Numbered from the stretch's first letter, positions 39,919 through 50,606 are shown. The stretch: DNA of 64,000 nt from Promethearchaeota archaeon (GCA_048938855.1 JBHLLT010000001.1:384124-448123), one strand, 5' to 3'. Translations and numbers: made by a program. Notes: generated from the letters alone by a model not told the origin.

Positions 39919-40602
39919 GTGTATTTTATGAAGCCTAATGACATTAATAGAAAAATTAGATTAGGAACAATAGGATTGTGGACTATTTTTGCCATTGTTA
40001 CTATAGTAATGATCGCTCTAGTTTTTGGTCAAGTCTTTATGCCTTATGATTATTGGATTCCTATTATTCCTATTGGAGTATTATTAATATTATCAATTAT
40101 GGCTACAATTGTAGATTTTAGATCTGAGCAGAGGATTAAAATGGGGATAATTGGAGCATGGACCATATTTTTAATAGTTGTTGTTGTAATGGTTGCTCTT
40201 ATCTATGGTGGTATTTTCACCTCTGAAGAATATTGGATTCCTGCAATTCCAATTGGCACATTAGCTGTGCTAGCAATTATTGCCACCATTAGTGAATATG
40301 TGAGAGGAGAGATAAGATATTGTCATAAATGTGGAAAACGATTTGATAAAAAATGGGATTATTGCCAAGAATGTGGTGCTAGGGTACTCTTGGCGTGTCC
40401 TACATGTGGAATGAAAGTTAAGGGAAATCCCAAGTACTGTTATAAATGTGGAACTGATTTAAGTGAAATCAAGATCGCTCCAGTTTATAGACCCCCTGCA
40501 AAACCAAAAATAGATAATCACGCTAATTTCTGTCGTGAATGTGGGAGTATCAAAAATCCGGAAGCTAAGTATTGTGGTTATTGCGGCGCTGCTCACGCCT
40601 AA
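39919..40602 (+). CDS. Membrane protein with a duplicated 2-TM unit and C-terminal double zinc ribbons
   Basis: Two ~60-aa repeats (IG.WTIF...YWIP.IPIG.L), then six CxxC motifs. Confidence 0.8.
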   Translation: MYFMKPNDINRKIRLGTIGLWTIFAIVTIVMIALVFGQVFMPYDYWIPIIPIGVLLILSIMATIVDFRSEQRIKMGIIGAWTIFLIVVVVMVALIYGGIFTSEEYWIPAIPIGTLAVLAIIATISEYVRGEIRYCHKCGKRFDKKWDYCQECGARVLLACPTCGMKVKGNPKYCYKCGTDLSEIKIAPVYRPPAKPKIDNHANFCRECGSIKNPEAKYCGYCGAAHA

Positions 40603-40655
40603 ATCTTTTTACTTTTTTTTCTCTTTTAAGAATTTTAGATTAAGAAGGAGTAATA

Positions 40656-41273
40656 TTATCTTGCAGAAACAGCAATTCGTTCAATCTCATCTTTACGTTT
40701 TACAGCTCTAGATTCTTGGCTATTATTTGCTGCTAATATTAATTCTTGTGCTAAATTTTCTTCAAACTGTTTCTCATTAGAATGGGATCTGGCACCTATT
40801 GCTTGAACGAGATACTTGATAGCTAAATCAATTCGACGCTGAGGCGCGATATCTACTGCTGATGCATAGGAAATACCACCCATTGCGATTTTGGTAGTTT
40901 CTTCTCTAGGTGCTGTATTAATTATTGCGTTTACTAAGATTTGTATAGGATTTTGACCTGTTATCAACTCAATTAATGTGAAGGCATTCTCCAAACTTCT
41001 TAACAGTTTCACTTTTTTACCAGAATTATATGAACTTTTATGACCTCTAATTTTTCCACTAATAAATCCGGGAGAAAGTAATCTATTATTAAACCTTTCA
41101 ATTATTGAGACTTTAGATGATTTCCAAAATCTTTTATGTTCATGTTTCCCAGCTGAATGCGGTACTATGATAGGCTTCAAATTGATATAATTTTCAAGTG
41201 TTATATCATCAACATTAATGTTTTCAAAAGACCATTTATTAAATAATTTTATTTCGTTCTTTGCTTTACTCAT
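40656..41273 (-). CDS. rps7: 30S ribosomal protein S7
   Basis: NPIQILVNAI..APREET, VDIAPQRR, A..KDEIERIA.SAR. Confidence 0.96.
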   Translation of the reverse strand: MSKAKNEIKLFNKWSFENINVDDITLENYINLKPIIVPHSAGKHEHKRFWKSSKVSIIERFNNRLLSPGFISGKIRGHKSSYNSGKKVKLLRSLENAFTLIELITGQNPIQILVNAIINTAPREETTKIAMGGISYASAVDIAPQRRIDLAIKYLVQAIGARSHSNEKQFEENLAQELILAANNSQESRAVKRKDEIERIAVSAR

Positions 41274-41287
41274 AGCTTAATACCTCT

Positions 41288-41731
41288 TTAACGAAGCGGT
41301 TTCTCTTTCTTCCCTGCTAAAAGAGCGTCCAGGCTTACGCCATTAACTTTTACTACTTTATAACGAACACCTGGGAGATCTCCAATAGAACGTCCTTTTG
41401 CTCCTCCAATTCCTTCCACAATCACTCTATCATGCTCTTCTATGAAATTTAGTGCTCCATCTCCTGGAAGGAATGCCGTTACACCTTTTCCATTCTTTTT
41501 CAATTGCACTCTTACACATTTTCTTATTGCTGAGTTTGGTTGTTTGCTCTCACGTCCAACTTTTTGAAGAACAATACCTAGCGCTTGGCACGATCCTTCT
41601 AAGGGATCTACTCTTTTTTTCAATTGAAGCTTTCTTCTTTTATATTTTGTTTTGGACCATCGAAACTTCTTTCGATTTGTTTGAAGCTTTCGAGCAGCAT
41701 AAAGTCCTTTTGGGCTACCTATATAAAACAC
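41288..41731 (-). CDS. rps12: 30S ribosomal protein S12 (uS12); probable true start ATA at 41722
   Basis: [36 protein letters not shown]. Confidence 0.97.
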   Translation of the reverse strand: MFYIGSPKGLYAARKLQTNRKKFRWSKTKYKRRKLQLKKRVDPLEGSCQALGIVLQKVGRESKQPNSAIRKCVRVQLKKNGKGVTAFLPGDGALNFIEEHDRVIVEGIGGAKGRSIGDLPGVRYKVVKVNGVSLDALLAGKKEKPLR

Positions 41732-41813
41732 CTTAATATATTATTTGATAGAACTTAAGTAGTAGAAAAAATGTTTCCTTAAACTTAAAATTTATGTATA
41801 GGTAGAGTTATTT

Positions 41814-42290
41814 TTAGATATTTTTAGTATTAATAATTACATTATCCACTTCAAAATATCTCAGAACTAGTTCTTTTATTTTTCTTATCATGGAGCCGTC
41901 TTTACCAATTGCTTTTCCACGATCTTGAGGTCTAACAGTTATAACAACAGTTTTCTTTAGGTTTCTATTTTCTTTGATTTCAATATTTTGAACCATTATT
42001 GTATTTTTTGTTGTTTGTAAGATATTTTGGATAAATTTATCTAACTTTTCTGAGAAAGCGATGACATCAATCTTCTTTTGGAGTTTAGATTTTAGGTCTT
42101 TAACATGTTCACCAGATTTTCCAATTGCTTTTCCAACATCTTCTTCTTTTACTAAAAAAATAATGATTTCAGAGCCATTTTCAGGAGATTTAAAGATAAG
42201 ACAATCTTTAATGATGGCACCAGAGATATTATTAAATAGGGAAATAAGTTCCATTGCTTCCCTGTCAATTTTTATATTTTTTTTTAACAT
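41814..42290 (-). CDS. nusA: Archaeal NusA
   Basis: Two KH domains (GKAIGKSG, GKAIGKDG) in the rpoA''-L30e-nusA-S12 context. Confidence 0.93.
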   Translation of the reverse strand: MLKKNIKIDREAMELISLFNNISGAIIKDCLIFKSPENGSEIIIFLVKEEDVGKAIGKSGEHVKDLKSKLQKKIDVIAFSEKLDKFIQNILQTTKNTIMVQNIEIKENRNLKKTVVITVRPQDRGKAIGKDGSMIRKIKELVLRYFEVDNVIINTKNI

Positions 42291-42321
42291 GAAAAAATCA
42301 AGTCTCTACTGTTTGTTAATA

Positions 42322-42696
42322 TCATTTAGTTTTTAAAGTAATTAAATCTGAATCTCCAAAATCAATTACTCCTATAATAGAGATCATATAAGGTTTAGCA
42401 CATGCTAAACCTAAATCCCAACTTGAACCTTTATATTTATAAATAAAAAGTTTATCCTTAAGAAGATAATTGTGATTATCTAACTCATTAATCAAATCTG
42501 TTGGACAATTATTGCTGACAATTAACATTTTATAGGGATTTTCTCTTCGTAGACTCTTAAGAACTTGTTCCTTGCCAAAAATAATTTTACCAGTTTTATA
42601 AGCGACTTTGATATTGGTATCTACATCAAATTCTTTCGTTTTTTTCCTACTAAGATCTACTTTCTCAACGGAAGTTTTAGTTTTTCTTTTTGGCAT
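42322..42696 (-). CDS. rpl30e: 50S ribosomal protein L30e
   Basis: KTGK..FG, NNCP, G.S.DLG.ACAKPY, D.GDSD. Confidence 0.93.
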   Translation of the reverse strand: MPKRKTKTSVEKVDLSRKKTKEFDVDTNIKVAYKTGKIIFGKEQVLKSLRRENPYKMLIVSNNCPTDLINELDNHNYLLKDKLFIYKYKGSSWDLGLACAKPYMISIIGVIDFGDSDLITLKTK

Positions 42697-42803
42697 GATA
42701 TATTCAAACAGTTTCTATATAATAAGTAATAAGAACAATACTTTTTTAATTTTTTTAGGCACACTTAAGTTATTTCGTCTTAATTAAAAGTTTTCGATTG
42801 ATT

Positions 42804-44003
42804 TTATTTTTTTTTCTTCTTCCTTAATAAATCTAAATTAGCATCAAGATCAAACATTACATTAACACGGCCAGAACCTATTGGACTAATTTGTCCTACA
42901 ATTACATTTTCGGGAATGCCCAAAAGACGTTCTTCCTCACCATAGAGCCCTGCATCAAGAAGTTGATTGACGGTAACTTCAAAGGCAGCTCGTGCAAAAA
43001 CACTTGATTTTGATCCTGAGATTCCATGTCTTCCAATGGACTGAATTGATCCAGAATAACACATTAGATCAGCTAAGATTAGAAGATGCCTTAGATCTAC
43101 ATCTAATCCTTGTTGTTCAAGCACTTTTTGAGATTCTAATATGATCATTTGACGTGCTGCTTCAATCCCATACAATTTTTCTATTTCATGAATATGGTTT
43201 GAAACAGTTCTAGTTATGTCAACTCCTTCTATTTGAATGACACTTTGCATGTTCGTTCCTTCGGTTTTTATTATCCATTCTTCCCCATCATCTGAGGGTG
43301 TTAATAAACCTCTTTTTACACCTCTTATTCCTTTTACAACTTTCTTAAGAATCTTCTCCCTTAATTTTTGTAAACTTTGTAGATCTTCTATCCCTGGATC
43401 AATAATAATCGAATTTCCTTCGCGTCTTATCGTCCCTTTCTTCTTATAACGCTTTAAAATTTCAGGTATTTCATCAATATCAATTCCCTTTTTTTCACAA
43501 ATTTCAGGGATTAAATTTATAACTATATTCCAATTTACAAAATCTAAATCAATATCATGTATAATTTGTTCTATACGAATTTGCTCAATTCGATTATGTA
43601 CATCAATTGCTTTTTCTTCAGATTCTGAATATGGTTTTTCAAGATATACAGACATTTGTGGGGTACTTGGAAAACGACGCGCATCTACAATCTCAATTAG
43701 TCGAGGTAGTCCTTGGGTAACAGAGAATTCTTCTACTCCTGCATAATGAAAAGTTCTTAGAGTCATTTGGGTTCCAGGTTCACCAATTGATTGTGCTGCA
43801 ACTGTACCAACAGGTTCTGAAGTTTCTACAAGAGCATTATTAAAATTGATATAAATCTTATTTAAAAGGTATTCCAGTTGTTCTTCTTCCAAATCTTCAT
43901 CAATAACTTTATTTCTTATTTTAACAATTAAATCTTCAGGAATACCATCTTGTTTTAGTATTTGTAATTGATCATCTAATAATTTTGGATTAACTTTTAC
44001 CAT
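42804..44003 (-). CDS. rpoA2: RNA polymerase subunit A'' (Rpo1C)
   Basis: [33 protein letters not shown]. Confidence 0.97.
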   Translation of the reverse strand: MVKVNPKLLDDQLQILKQDGIPEDLIVKIRNKVIDEDLEEEQLEYLLNKIYINFNNALVETSEPVGTVAAQSIGEPGTQMTLRTFHYAGVEEFSVTQGLPRLIEIVDARRFPSTPQMSVYLEKPYSESEEKAIDVHNRIEQIRIEQIIHDIDLDFVNWNIVINLIPEICEKKGIDIDEIPEILKRYKKKGTIRREGNSIIIDPGIEDLQSLQKLREKILKKVVKGIRGVKRGLLTPSDDGEEWIIKTEGTNMQSVIQIEGVDITRTVSNHIHEIEKLYGIEAARQMIILESQKVLEQQGLDVDLRHLLILADLMCYSGSIQSIGRHGISGSKSSVFARAAFEVTVNQLLDAGLYGEEERLLGIPENVIVGQISPIGSGRVNVMFDLDANLDLLRKKKKK

Positions 44004-44033
44004 TTATATCTTCCTACACGTTCAAAAATTATT

Positions 44034-46961
44034 TTATTTATTTTGGTTTTCTTTCCATTCTTTATAAGCGTTGGTTTCTTTACCACGCCATATTGCCTTT
44101 TTTCCTGTTTCTTCTTCAAATTTTTGTTGTAAAGTTTCTTCATCAATTACTTTTTCAGCTGATTTTTTAGCAGATTCAACTTTTTTTGCTGGTTTTTTCT
44201 CAGAATCTATTTTTTCCTTAGATGTGGCTTTTTTTGAGGATGAGCTTTTTTTAATCTCTTCTCGTACCTCATTAACATTAAGAGCTTTTGCTTTTAGTAA
44301 CAAAACATCTAGATTCACTGCAGCACCATGATCAGTGTGCATTGCATCAATGCCATCGTCTCCAAAACAGAATTGAATGACATTTTTATCAGAGTTTCTC
44401 ACAGTACCATCATTTTCTACCACCATGTCCTGTAAAGCATTTACTAATCTGCGTTGCATATATCCAGATGTGGAGGTTCTTACAGCTGTATCAACTAATC
44501 CTTCTCTTCCTCCCATTGCATGAAAGAAGAATTCCACGGGTTTTAATCCATTTCTATACGAGGAAGAAACAAAACCTCTAGATTTAGGAGAGAGATCATT
44601 TATTTTAAAATGAGGAAGTGTTCTCATACTATATCCTCTATTAATTCTCTCCCCTCTGATTGCTTGTTGTCCTACCACAGCAGACATTTGTCCAAGATTT
44701 AATATGTTCCCTCTCGCTCCAGATTTAGTCATAATAACTGAATGAGCTTCATCTCCAATGAATTCAGCTGCAGTTTCTTCTGCTTTTTTTCTAGCCTCTG
44801 CTAATACTTGTCGGATTCTTAACTCCAGTGTTTCTCTCATTGAACGACCGGGAGCTCTTCGAAGGATTGTTGTATCATCCTCATAAAATGCTTTAATTAA
44901 TCTTTCAGATTCTTTATTTGCTTCCTTTAATATATTTTGGATAGCTTCATATGCATGCCCATGAACATAAACTTCATCAAGCCCCATTGTCATTCCATTC
45001 TGCCGAATAACATATAAAAGCATTTTTGTAGCGCTATCCAAAAATTTCCTACCTGTTGCATTACCATGATCCTTAATAATTCGTTGTAAAATACTATTGG
45101 ATTGCATAGCACCAAAAGAATTTTCATCAATAGTGCCTGTTATTAAATGTCCATTTCTGATTACAACATAAGCATCATATGGGCAGTTTTCTTCCTCACA
45201 TACTTCACATTTTTTACAGAATTTTGATTTAACTTTTATATTGAGATCATCTGGAAATAAAGTACTGAATATGTCCTTTCCAGAATACATTGGTTCTGGA
45301 TCAACAACTACAGGAATAAGTTGTTCCAAACTAAAATTAGGATGGTTTTCGAAAACATCACCAATATATAATAATTTTAAAGTGTCCATTTTAGTATATA
45401 AAGAATCTTTACTGGTAAATTGGAAAACACTTGAGATAAAATCCTGGATGCCACCTAAAATTGGACCACCAAATCTTGGAGATAATATATGTTCTTGAAC
45501 TTTTAGAAGCAGTTCTGCTTCTGTTCGAGCTTCTTCACTTTGAGGCACATGTAAATTCATTTCATCTCCATCAAAATCAGCGTTATATGGGGGACATACA
45601 GTTAAATTTAAGCGGAATGTTCTTCCTTCCATTATTTTTACTTCATGAGCCATTATTGACATTCGATGAAGAGAAGGTTGACGGTTAAATAAAACTAGAT
45701 CTCCGTTGTTTAAATGACGTTCAATTGTAAAACCGGGTGCAAGCATGTCTGCTATAATTTTTCTGTTTTTTACATATCGCAGGTCAATCCTTCTACGATC
45801 ATTCCGAATAATATAATTAGCTCCAGGATGTTTAAATGGTCCATTTAATACCATCTGTTTCATTTCTTCAATATTCCAATCATTAACATTAGTAGGAATA
45901 GTTAATATTTTAGCGATTTCTATAGGAACACCTACTTCATTAATACTAATATAAGGATTTGGAGATATTACACTACGAGCTGAGAAATCAACTCTTTTTC
46001 CACTTAAATTGCTTCTAAACCTGCCTTCTTTACCTTTTAATCTCTGAGTTAAAGTTCTAAGTGCTCTACCTGATCGATGTCTAGCTGGAGGTATACCTGA
46101 CACTTGATTATCAAAATATGTAGTGATATGATATTGCAATAATTCCCAAAGGTCTTCAACTATTAGATGAGGGGCTCCAGCATCAATATTTTCTCTTAAT
46201 CTTTGGTTAATTCTAATAACATCAACTAATTTATGTGTTAAATCATCTTCAGAGCGAATACCACTATCCAATGTAATAGAGGGTCTAGCACACACAGGGG
46301 GTATTGGCAATACGGTAAAAATAACCCATTCAAGACGAGCATTCTCGGGGGAAATACCAAGGATCCTAAGATCAACATCACTCATCTTTTTTAAACGTTC
46401 TAAAATCTCAATAGGAGTTATTCTTCGCGATCCTTTTCCTTCTTCTTCTTCGTAAAAAGTCGTTGGTTTTTCAATAATAATTTTTTTCTTTTTTGCTTCA
46501 CAATAAGGGCAAGTTTTTGCTTTTCTTGCTCGTTTAAAGACAATTTTTGCAGCATCTTCATCTCCTTCGAAAAAGATTTTTCGATGCTTAATCTGTTCTT
46601 CTCTGAACTTATCCTTTTCGTCTTCTGTAAGCATTAACCGAGAACATTCTGGACATATACTTCTCAATACTTTTAAAACTTTTTTGGCATAACCTACATG
46701 AATAACTGGTCGAGCTAATTCAATATGTCCGAAGTGTCCCATACAATTACTTACAAGATTGCCACATGTTTGACAGCGTTGACCTGGCTCGATTGTGCCC
46801 AATCGTTGATCCATTAATCCAGAAGGTATAGGTAATCCATCTTCATCATAAGTGTCAGCTGTTATTATTCTTGCTGCTGACATTTTACGGATCTCATCCG
46901 GGCTCAAAAGGCCAAATTTGATTTTTTCAATCATTTTTGTTCTTGAAAACGTATAGCTCAT
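44034..46961 (-). CDS. rpoA1: RNA polymerase subunit A' (Rpo1N)
   Basis: NADFDGD active site, Zn sites, GGREGLVDTA.RT..SGY.QRRL. Confidence 0.98.
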   Translation of the reverse strand: MSYTFSRTKMIEKIKFGLLSPDEIRKMSAARIITADTYDEDGLPIPSGLMDQRLGTIEPGQRCQTCGNLVSNCMGHFGHIELARPVIHVGYAKKVLKVLRSICPECSRLMLTEDEKDKFREEQIKHRKIFFEGDEDAAKIVFKRARKAKTCPYCEAKKKKIIIEKPTTFYEEEEGKGSRRITPIEILERLKKMSDVDLRILGISPENARLEWVIFTVLPIPPVCARPSITLDSGIRSEDDLTHKLVDVIRINQRLRENIDAGAPHLIVEDLWELLQYHITTYFDNQVSGIPPARHRSGRALRTLTQRLKGKEGRFRSNLSGKRVDFSARSVISPNPYISINEVGVPIEIAKILTIPTNVNDWNIEEMKQMVLNGPFKHPGANYIIRNDRRRIDLRYVKNRKIIADMLAPGFTIERHLNNGDLVLFNRQPSLHRMSIMAHEVKIMEGRTFRLNLTVCPPYNADFDGDEMNLHVPQSEEARTEAELLLKVQEHILSPRFGGPILGGIQDFISSVFQFTSKDSLYTKMDTLKLLYIGDVFENHPNFSLEQLIPVVVDPEPMYSGKDIFSTLFPDDLNIKVKSKFCKKCEVCEEENCPYDAYVVIRNGHLITGTIDENSFGAMQSNSILQRIIKDHGNATGRKFLDSATKMLLYVIRQNGMTMGLDEVYVHGHAYEAIQNILKEANKESERLIKAFYEDDTTILRRAPGRSMRETLELRIRQVLAEARKKAEETAAEFIGDEAHSVIMTKSGARGNILNLGQMSAVVGQQAIRGERINRGYSMRTLPHFKINDLSPKSRGFVSSSYRNGLKPVEFFFHAMGGREGLVDTAVRTSTSGYMQRRLVNALQDMVVENDGTVRNSDKNVIQFCFGDDGIDAMHTDHGAAVNLDVLLLKAKALNVNEVREEIKKSSSSKKATSKEKIDSEKKPAKKVESAKKSAEKVIDEETLQQKFEEETGKKAIWRGKETNAYKEWKENQNK

Positions 46962-47243
46962 AAGTTAAAAACCTCTAAAAAAATACTTATATAATCTGAA
47001 GAAGAAGTACAAATCATGGGAGAAAACATCCTTTATAATGGTTATAATGTGCTATATTTAAAAAATAAGAATACGAGTCTTCCACTGTATATTAATTAAG
47101 GTAGCAATTTTTAAAAATTTTACTATTTTGGGCATTTCAAATAGAAATCTTTATACAATCAAGATACCAAATTTTATTTAATACCTAAATTTAAGATAAG
47201 GATTTGGAAGAGTTTAATTTTTTGAAATATTTAGTAAACATAA

Positions 47244-47861
47244 ATGAAAATAATTGAAATTATTAGAAGTAGGATTGTTCTTTTTATAATTCAAATATCA
47301 ATTTTATTTTTAATAATACAACTCTTAGGATATAAATTCGATTTAAATCTTTTATCAATCCACCGACCTGATAACACTACAGACGTGCAAATAGGTATAA
47401 TTGAGTGGTTGGTCACCTATCTTATGTATCAAGAATTGACAGAGTTAATTTTTATATTTATAATCTGGATTTTAATATCTACAATTCCAATAATTATCTA
47501 TAATAATTATAGAAAAGCGTATTCTATGAATTTAATGACATTTTTCTTTCCCAATTTCTTTTTTTATGTTTTTCTTTTTAACTATTATCAACCATATTTC
47601 AGTATTTATTTCCTCGCCCTTTTTATAAAAACTGTAATGCTTGGAACAACAATTATACTATATTCAATTGGTCTTTCTTTAATTTTAAAGAAGATTCTAG
47701 ATTTTAGAGGCGAAAAAAAAGGTATAGATTTAAGTGAAATTGCTAGTTCGGGAAAATTAATTTGCCCAAAATGTGGAGTTGAGTTTGAATCTATTCCAAA
47801 AGTATGTTATAATTGTAACACTGATTTAACAGTAAAAAGTGAAAACACAGTTGGAAAATGA
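47244..47861 (+). CDS. Membrane protein with a C-terminal zinc ribbon
   Basis: About 4 hydrophobic segments, CPKC...CYNC. Confidence 0.7.
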   Translation: MKIIEIIRSRIVLFIIQISILFLIIQLLGYKFDLNLLSIHRPDNTTDVQIGIIEWLVTYLMYQELTELIFIFIIWILISTIPIIIYNNYRKAYSMNLMTFFFPNFFFYVFLFNYYQPYFSIYFLALFIKTVMLGTTIILYSIGLSLILKKILDFRGEKKGIDLSEIASSGKLICPKCGVEFESIPKVCYNCNTDLTVKSENTVGK

Positions 47862-47870
47862 GTCTAATCA

Positions 47871-48836
47871 ATGCTAGGAGAACTCGTCGCAATTTCAGCA
47901 GTACTTACATTTGTTGTGTCTAATGTTATTTTTCGTAAAACGGAAAAAGAAGTAAGTCCAATTTACATTAACTTTTTTCGAACTGCAATAGGAACTCTAA
48001 CATTTTTCTTGATTGGACTATTTTTAAATCAGTTTACTCTTATTTTTATTATTCCTTGGCAATTATGGATTTTATTGATTATAAGTTTTGTATTTGGTCA
48101 AGTTATTGGAGATACTGCATATTTTGTTGCTCAAAAAGAACTAGGTACCACGATAGCTCTTGCAATTTCAATGACATTTCCTCTTTTTACCTTTATATTA
48201 TCTTTAATATTTCTTAATCACCTATTTAAGCTCAATTTAGTATTTTCTCTAATTTTAATTGGTTTTGGAGTAATAATAATAGGAAAATCTAAGAACAAGT
48301 CTAAGAATGTAAAACAGGATGACAATTTTCTCCAAGATCAATCTAAACAGGAAAAGGTAAAGCAGAAATATATTAAAGCGATTGGGTTTTGTTTTACGGC
48401 TTCTTTAGGGTGGGCTATTGGTGCAGTTTTAATTGAATATGCAACTGATCAAATAGATCAGATTATTCTCATTAAAGAATTAAGTTCTATTATAGGAAAT
48501 ATAATTAGATTCCCTTTTGCGTTGATGATTTTAGGTTCAATGGTATTAAGGGAAAAAATTTTAACAAAAAAAAATAATAATGTTTTTTTTAAAAAGATTT
48601 CAGCAATGTCATGGGTATATTTATTAGTTGCTTCTTTAATTGGGACATCATTAGGAGCATATCTATATACTGAGTCAGTACATATTGCAGGAGCTAATGT
48701 AGTCTCATTAATAGCGACTACAAGCCCATTATTCGCCCTTCCATTGACATTCTTTATAAATAAAGAGAAAATATCTAGATTCGGTCTTATTGGAGTTATA
48801 TTAACTATTTTAGGTGTAGTTATTATTTTAATATAA
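47871..48836 (+). CDS. DMT/EamA family transporter
   Basis: Two EamA repeats, about 10 TM segments, SPLFAL...KEKI. Confidence 0.88.
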   Translation: MLGELVAISAVLTFVVSNVIFRKTEKEVSPIYINFFRTAIGTLTFFLIGLFLNQFTLIFIIPWQLWILLIISFVFGQVIGDTAYFVAQKELGTTIALAISMTFPLFTFILSLIFLNHLFKLNLVFSLILIGFGVIIIGKSKNKSKNVKQDDNFLQDQSKQEKVKQKYIKAIGFCFTASLGWAIGAVLIEYATDQIDQIILIKELSSIIGNIIRFPFALMILGSMVLREKILTKKNNNVFFKKISAMSWVYLLVASLIGTSLGAYLYTESVHIAGANVVSLIATTSPLFALPLTFFINKEKISRFGLIGVILTILGVVIILI

Positions 48837-48847
48837 TTTAAATTAGA

Positions 48848-49927
48848 CTATTCGAAATATTGTTCAAATAGTTTTATTTCTTCTGAAATTTTTTTTAATT
48901 CTAATAATTCTGCTTCTGTCGGGGGATCTTCTTCATAAATATCATAGAGTTTTAACTTTAGGCTTTTTCTCACTTGCTTTTCTAATTTATTGATCTTTTG
49001 TTTTGTTGCGAAATACTTTATCATTTTAAATTTCAATTTAGTAATTTTTTTCTCCCATTCTTTAGTAAATTCCCCGCTTTGAATTTCTTTTAAAATTGTT
49101 TCGAATTTATTACGAAGGGGGAGTTTCCTAAACCTTATTCCTCTACTCATAGCGCCATATTGACTTGTCTGAGAATGGAAATCTACCTGCTTAACTAGTC
49201 CTACATCTGCCATTTTTTTATATGTATAGGACATTTCATTGCTCATATACATTTCAATTAATACCGCTTCTGGAGGATAACCTGCATCAATTAAAGTATA
49301 AATACTTGATAATAAAACTCTTCCAAAAGCAGGTCCAAACCCTTGTTCATTAAATAAATCTAATTCGGCTTCTTGTTTAAAAGTCAACATTATTGCTCCC
49401 TTTCTTAAAGTTCCAATTCCTTTAGCTAAAGCGAGTAAAATCTGTTTTGCTTGCCCTGAAGCATCTTGATCAATAGCAACAAAACTAAAATAACCTATAT
49501 CTCTCAGAAAGTTCTCTCTAACGCCTACTCCAATCATTCTAGGAGCGATTAATATAATATCTATATCTTCTGGAGGCTTTAGTAAGTCGAAACCAATATT
49601 ATACCCACTAGCAAACACAATTGCGGATTTTGGCTTTAAATTAGGTTTAATATTACTCTCAAATACGTCATTCATTATCTCATCTGGAAGAAGCAAAAAG
49701 ATTATATCAGACTTTTCTGTTGCTTCTTGGATTGTAAAAACAGAAAAATTATCATGTAAAGCTATATTCTTGTATCGATCTTCAACATTCCCTACAATAA
49801 CATTTAACCCTGAATCTCTCAAATTAAGAGCTTGTGCTCTACCTTGGTTTCCATACCCTATGATCCCTATTGTTTTATCTTTCAGTATTGAGAGATCTCC
49901 ATCGTTATCATGAAAAACGTCAACCAT
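48848..49927 (-). CDS. Ketol-acid reductoisomerase (KARI)-family protein, non-canonical
   Basis: GYGNQGRAQALNLRDSG, LLPDE, DLFNEQ. It has APRMIG and SQTSQYG in place of the usual APKGPG and SxTAEYG. Confidence 0.85.
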   Translation of the reverse strand: MVDVFHDNDGDLSILKDKTIGIIGYGNQGRAQALNLRDSGLNVIVGNVEDRYKNIALHDNFSVFTIQEATEKSDIIFLLLPDEIMNDVFESNIKPNLKPKSAIVFASGYNIGFDLLKPPEDIDIILIAPRMIGVGVRENFLRDIGYFSFVAIDQDASGQAKQILLALAKGIGTLRKGAIMLTFKQEAELDLFNEQGFGPAFGRVLLSSIYTLIDAGYPPEAVLIEMYMSNEMSYTYKKMADVGLVKQVDFHSQTSQYGAMSRGIRFRKLPLRNKFETILKEIQSGEFTKEWEKKITKLKFKMIKYFATKQKINKLEKQVRKSLKLKLYDIYEEDPPTEAELLELKKISEEIKLFEQYFE

Positions 49928-49997
49928 ATTAAAACCACATCATAAATTATCTAAAGTCTATATATAAGCCTAAAAAAATTCAAAATATATAATTTCT

Positions 49998-50606
49998 TTA
50001 TGGTATTTTATCAAAATCTAATTTATTTTTCTCTAATATTTTAACAACAAGGTTTTTAAATACTACGTCAATATTGTAATTTTCTTTTGAAGAAGTTTTA
50101 TAAAAATCCTTCTCATCATGTCTTTCCATGAATCTTTTAACTACTAAATCATCTACTTTAGATTTCTCATCAGCATTTTTCACTAGATCATTCTTAGCTC
50201 CAATACACATTCTTGGAGTGTCTCCATGATTATAATCTCCTAATTTTTCATACCACCAATCTAATCTTAATAATGTTTGAAGATTGATTAGATCAAAAAC
50301 CATAAAAATTCCATTCGCACCATTAATATAATATGGAAACAACTTTTTGAATTGTTCTCGTCCACCAAAATCCCATATACTCAGTCGTACAAAAGAGTCT
50401 TCACCATTAACAATTATAGGTATATCTTTTGTGTAAAATTCGATTCCTAAAGTTTCTTTAGTATTTACATCAAAGGTATCAAAACACAACCTTTTTGCAA
50501 TGCAAGTCTTCCCTACCCGTTCCTGACCTAAAATTGTGATTTTAAAGATATATGATGGCTTTCCTTTAATATTCAACTCAGAAAGAGTATTTATAGGCTC
50601 ATGCAT
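49998..50606 (-). CDS. Rab-like small GTPase
   Basis: GQERVGKT, TLGIEF, WDFGGRE, GAKND, TSSK. Confidence 0.9.
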   Translation of the reverse strand: MHEPINTLSELNIKGKPSYIFKITILGQERVGKTCIAKRLCFDTFDVNTKETLGIEFYTKDIPIIVNGEDSFVRLSIWDFGGREQFKKLFPYYINGANGIFMVFDLINLQTLLRLDWWYEKLGDYNHGDTPRMCIGAKNDLVKNADEKSKVDDLVVKRFMERHDEKDFYKTSSKENYNIDVVFKNLVVKILEKNKLDFDKIP

